From positions 15,066,001-15,130,000 of the forward strand of contig CP075495.1 in NCBI GenBank assembly GCA_021613535.1: a stretch of 64,000 bases of DNA, written 5' to 3'. Source of the stretch: Adineta vaga. Taxonomy: Eukaryota > Animalia > Rotifera. How positions within the stretch are numbered: the first letter of the stretch is position 1; every line of letters starts with the position of its first letter. Shown here piece after piece: positions 63,301 to 64,000 of this stretch. A model generated the notes under the pieces. It was given only the letters and a program-made list of their open reading frames with translations, searched no databases and had not been told where the DNA came from. The position numbers and the translations under genes were made by a program.

Positions 63301-64000
63301 AAGTTTAACACAATGGTTTCAATCATTAGAAAATTTAATGAAATATTCATTAGCAAAATTAGTTTTTGAATTATTCGATGAAAAGATTAACGAACAATTA
63401 AATCAAATTCTTTTCAAACAAACAGCAAAAATATCCAATGAGAAATCGTATCCATTACAAGTACAATTACTTGTTGAACATATCTTCTTTTGTTTAAACA
63501 TTCAAAAACATCTTGAAAATCAATCGATTTCTTCCATTAGAAAAATCAAGTTTGTTCGTATTCTTTCTCGATCAAAACTAATTATTCATTTAGATCTGAA
63601 ATCGATAATACATTGATGAAAAACTCGAATAACCAACACGATTGTTTAATTATTCAACGATTATATTTTCGAGATATTTTAACAAGTAAAGAATATAACA
63701 AGATCAAATTTTATCGTATTTTTTTGTTAATTTTTCGATAGAATTTATTGAAAATGAAACAAATTTAACATTGAATAGTTATGAATGGTTGTCATTTATT
63801 AAATATGAAATTGATCCAAATGTTCGAACAGATAAAAAAATTCATTTTGTTCAATTCTCAAATCGTATTCATTATAATTTTGAATATATCGGTATGATGA
63901 GTTTTTCTTTATATGAAATTTAAATTTTATCTTTTATGTAGAACCATCATCAACCTTTATTATTTCACCATTAATGGAACGAACATTATTTCAATTAACT
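57288..64000 (+). CDS. Dynein heavy chain-like protein (DNHD1/axonemal type), 5' portion; runs off the window
   Basis: Many short introns. NPYDL, RQIPFFRDY, WYETQNKWIFI, RSNFGRFYFLSTDELIDLIS, LFKGI, WFQSLENLMK and YNFEYI motifs. Confidence 0.82.

Overview
AT-rich eukaryotic DNA with many short GT-AG introns (about 50-70 nt). The gene content (bacterial DUF2891 with an intron, cytosolic Hsp104/ClpB, PPR-DYW protein, LEA-like repeats, TGTGGG/TGAGGG telomere-type repeats) best fits a bdelloid rotifer; this is an inference. The left part (~0-36 kb) is dynamic and rich in duplications and transposons. It holds two tandem intronless 2H-phosphoesterase/Zn-ribbon genes and a duplicated divergent pair (MORN+NEURL4-type ADP-ribosyltransferase / DUF2891) with reciprocal decay. 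One DUF2891 copy is cut exactly at an interstitial telomeric tract. Mobile elements there include a TRIM-like LTR element, a Helentron/DINE-1-like element and several MITEs. It also holds an opsin, a C2 protein and an HSE-preceded Hsp104 that carries a hidden antisense 3-exon secreted glycine-rich peptide gene in one intron. The right part holds a Cys-rich protein, a multi-Ubl USP, a TGN38/46-like protein with LEA repeats and two alternative tails, a GPCR pseudogene, a solo gag/ORF1-like gene, a PPR-E-DYW gene and the 5' part of a dynein heavy chain-like gene. All calls come from reading the sequence and recognising motifs; no searches were run.
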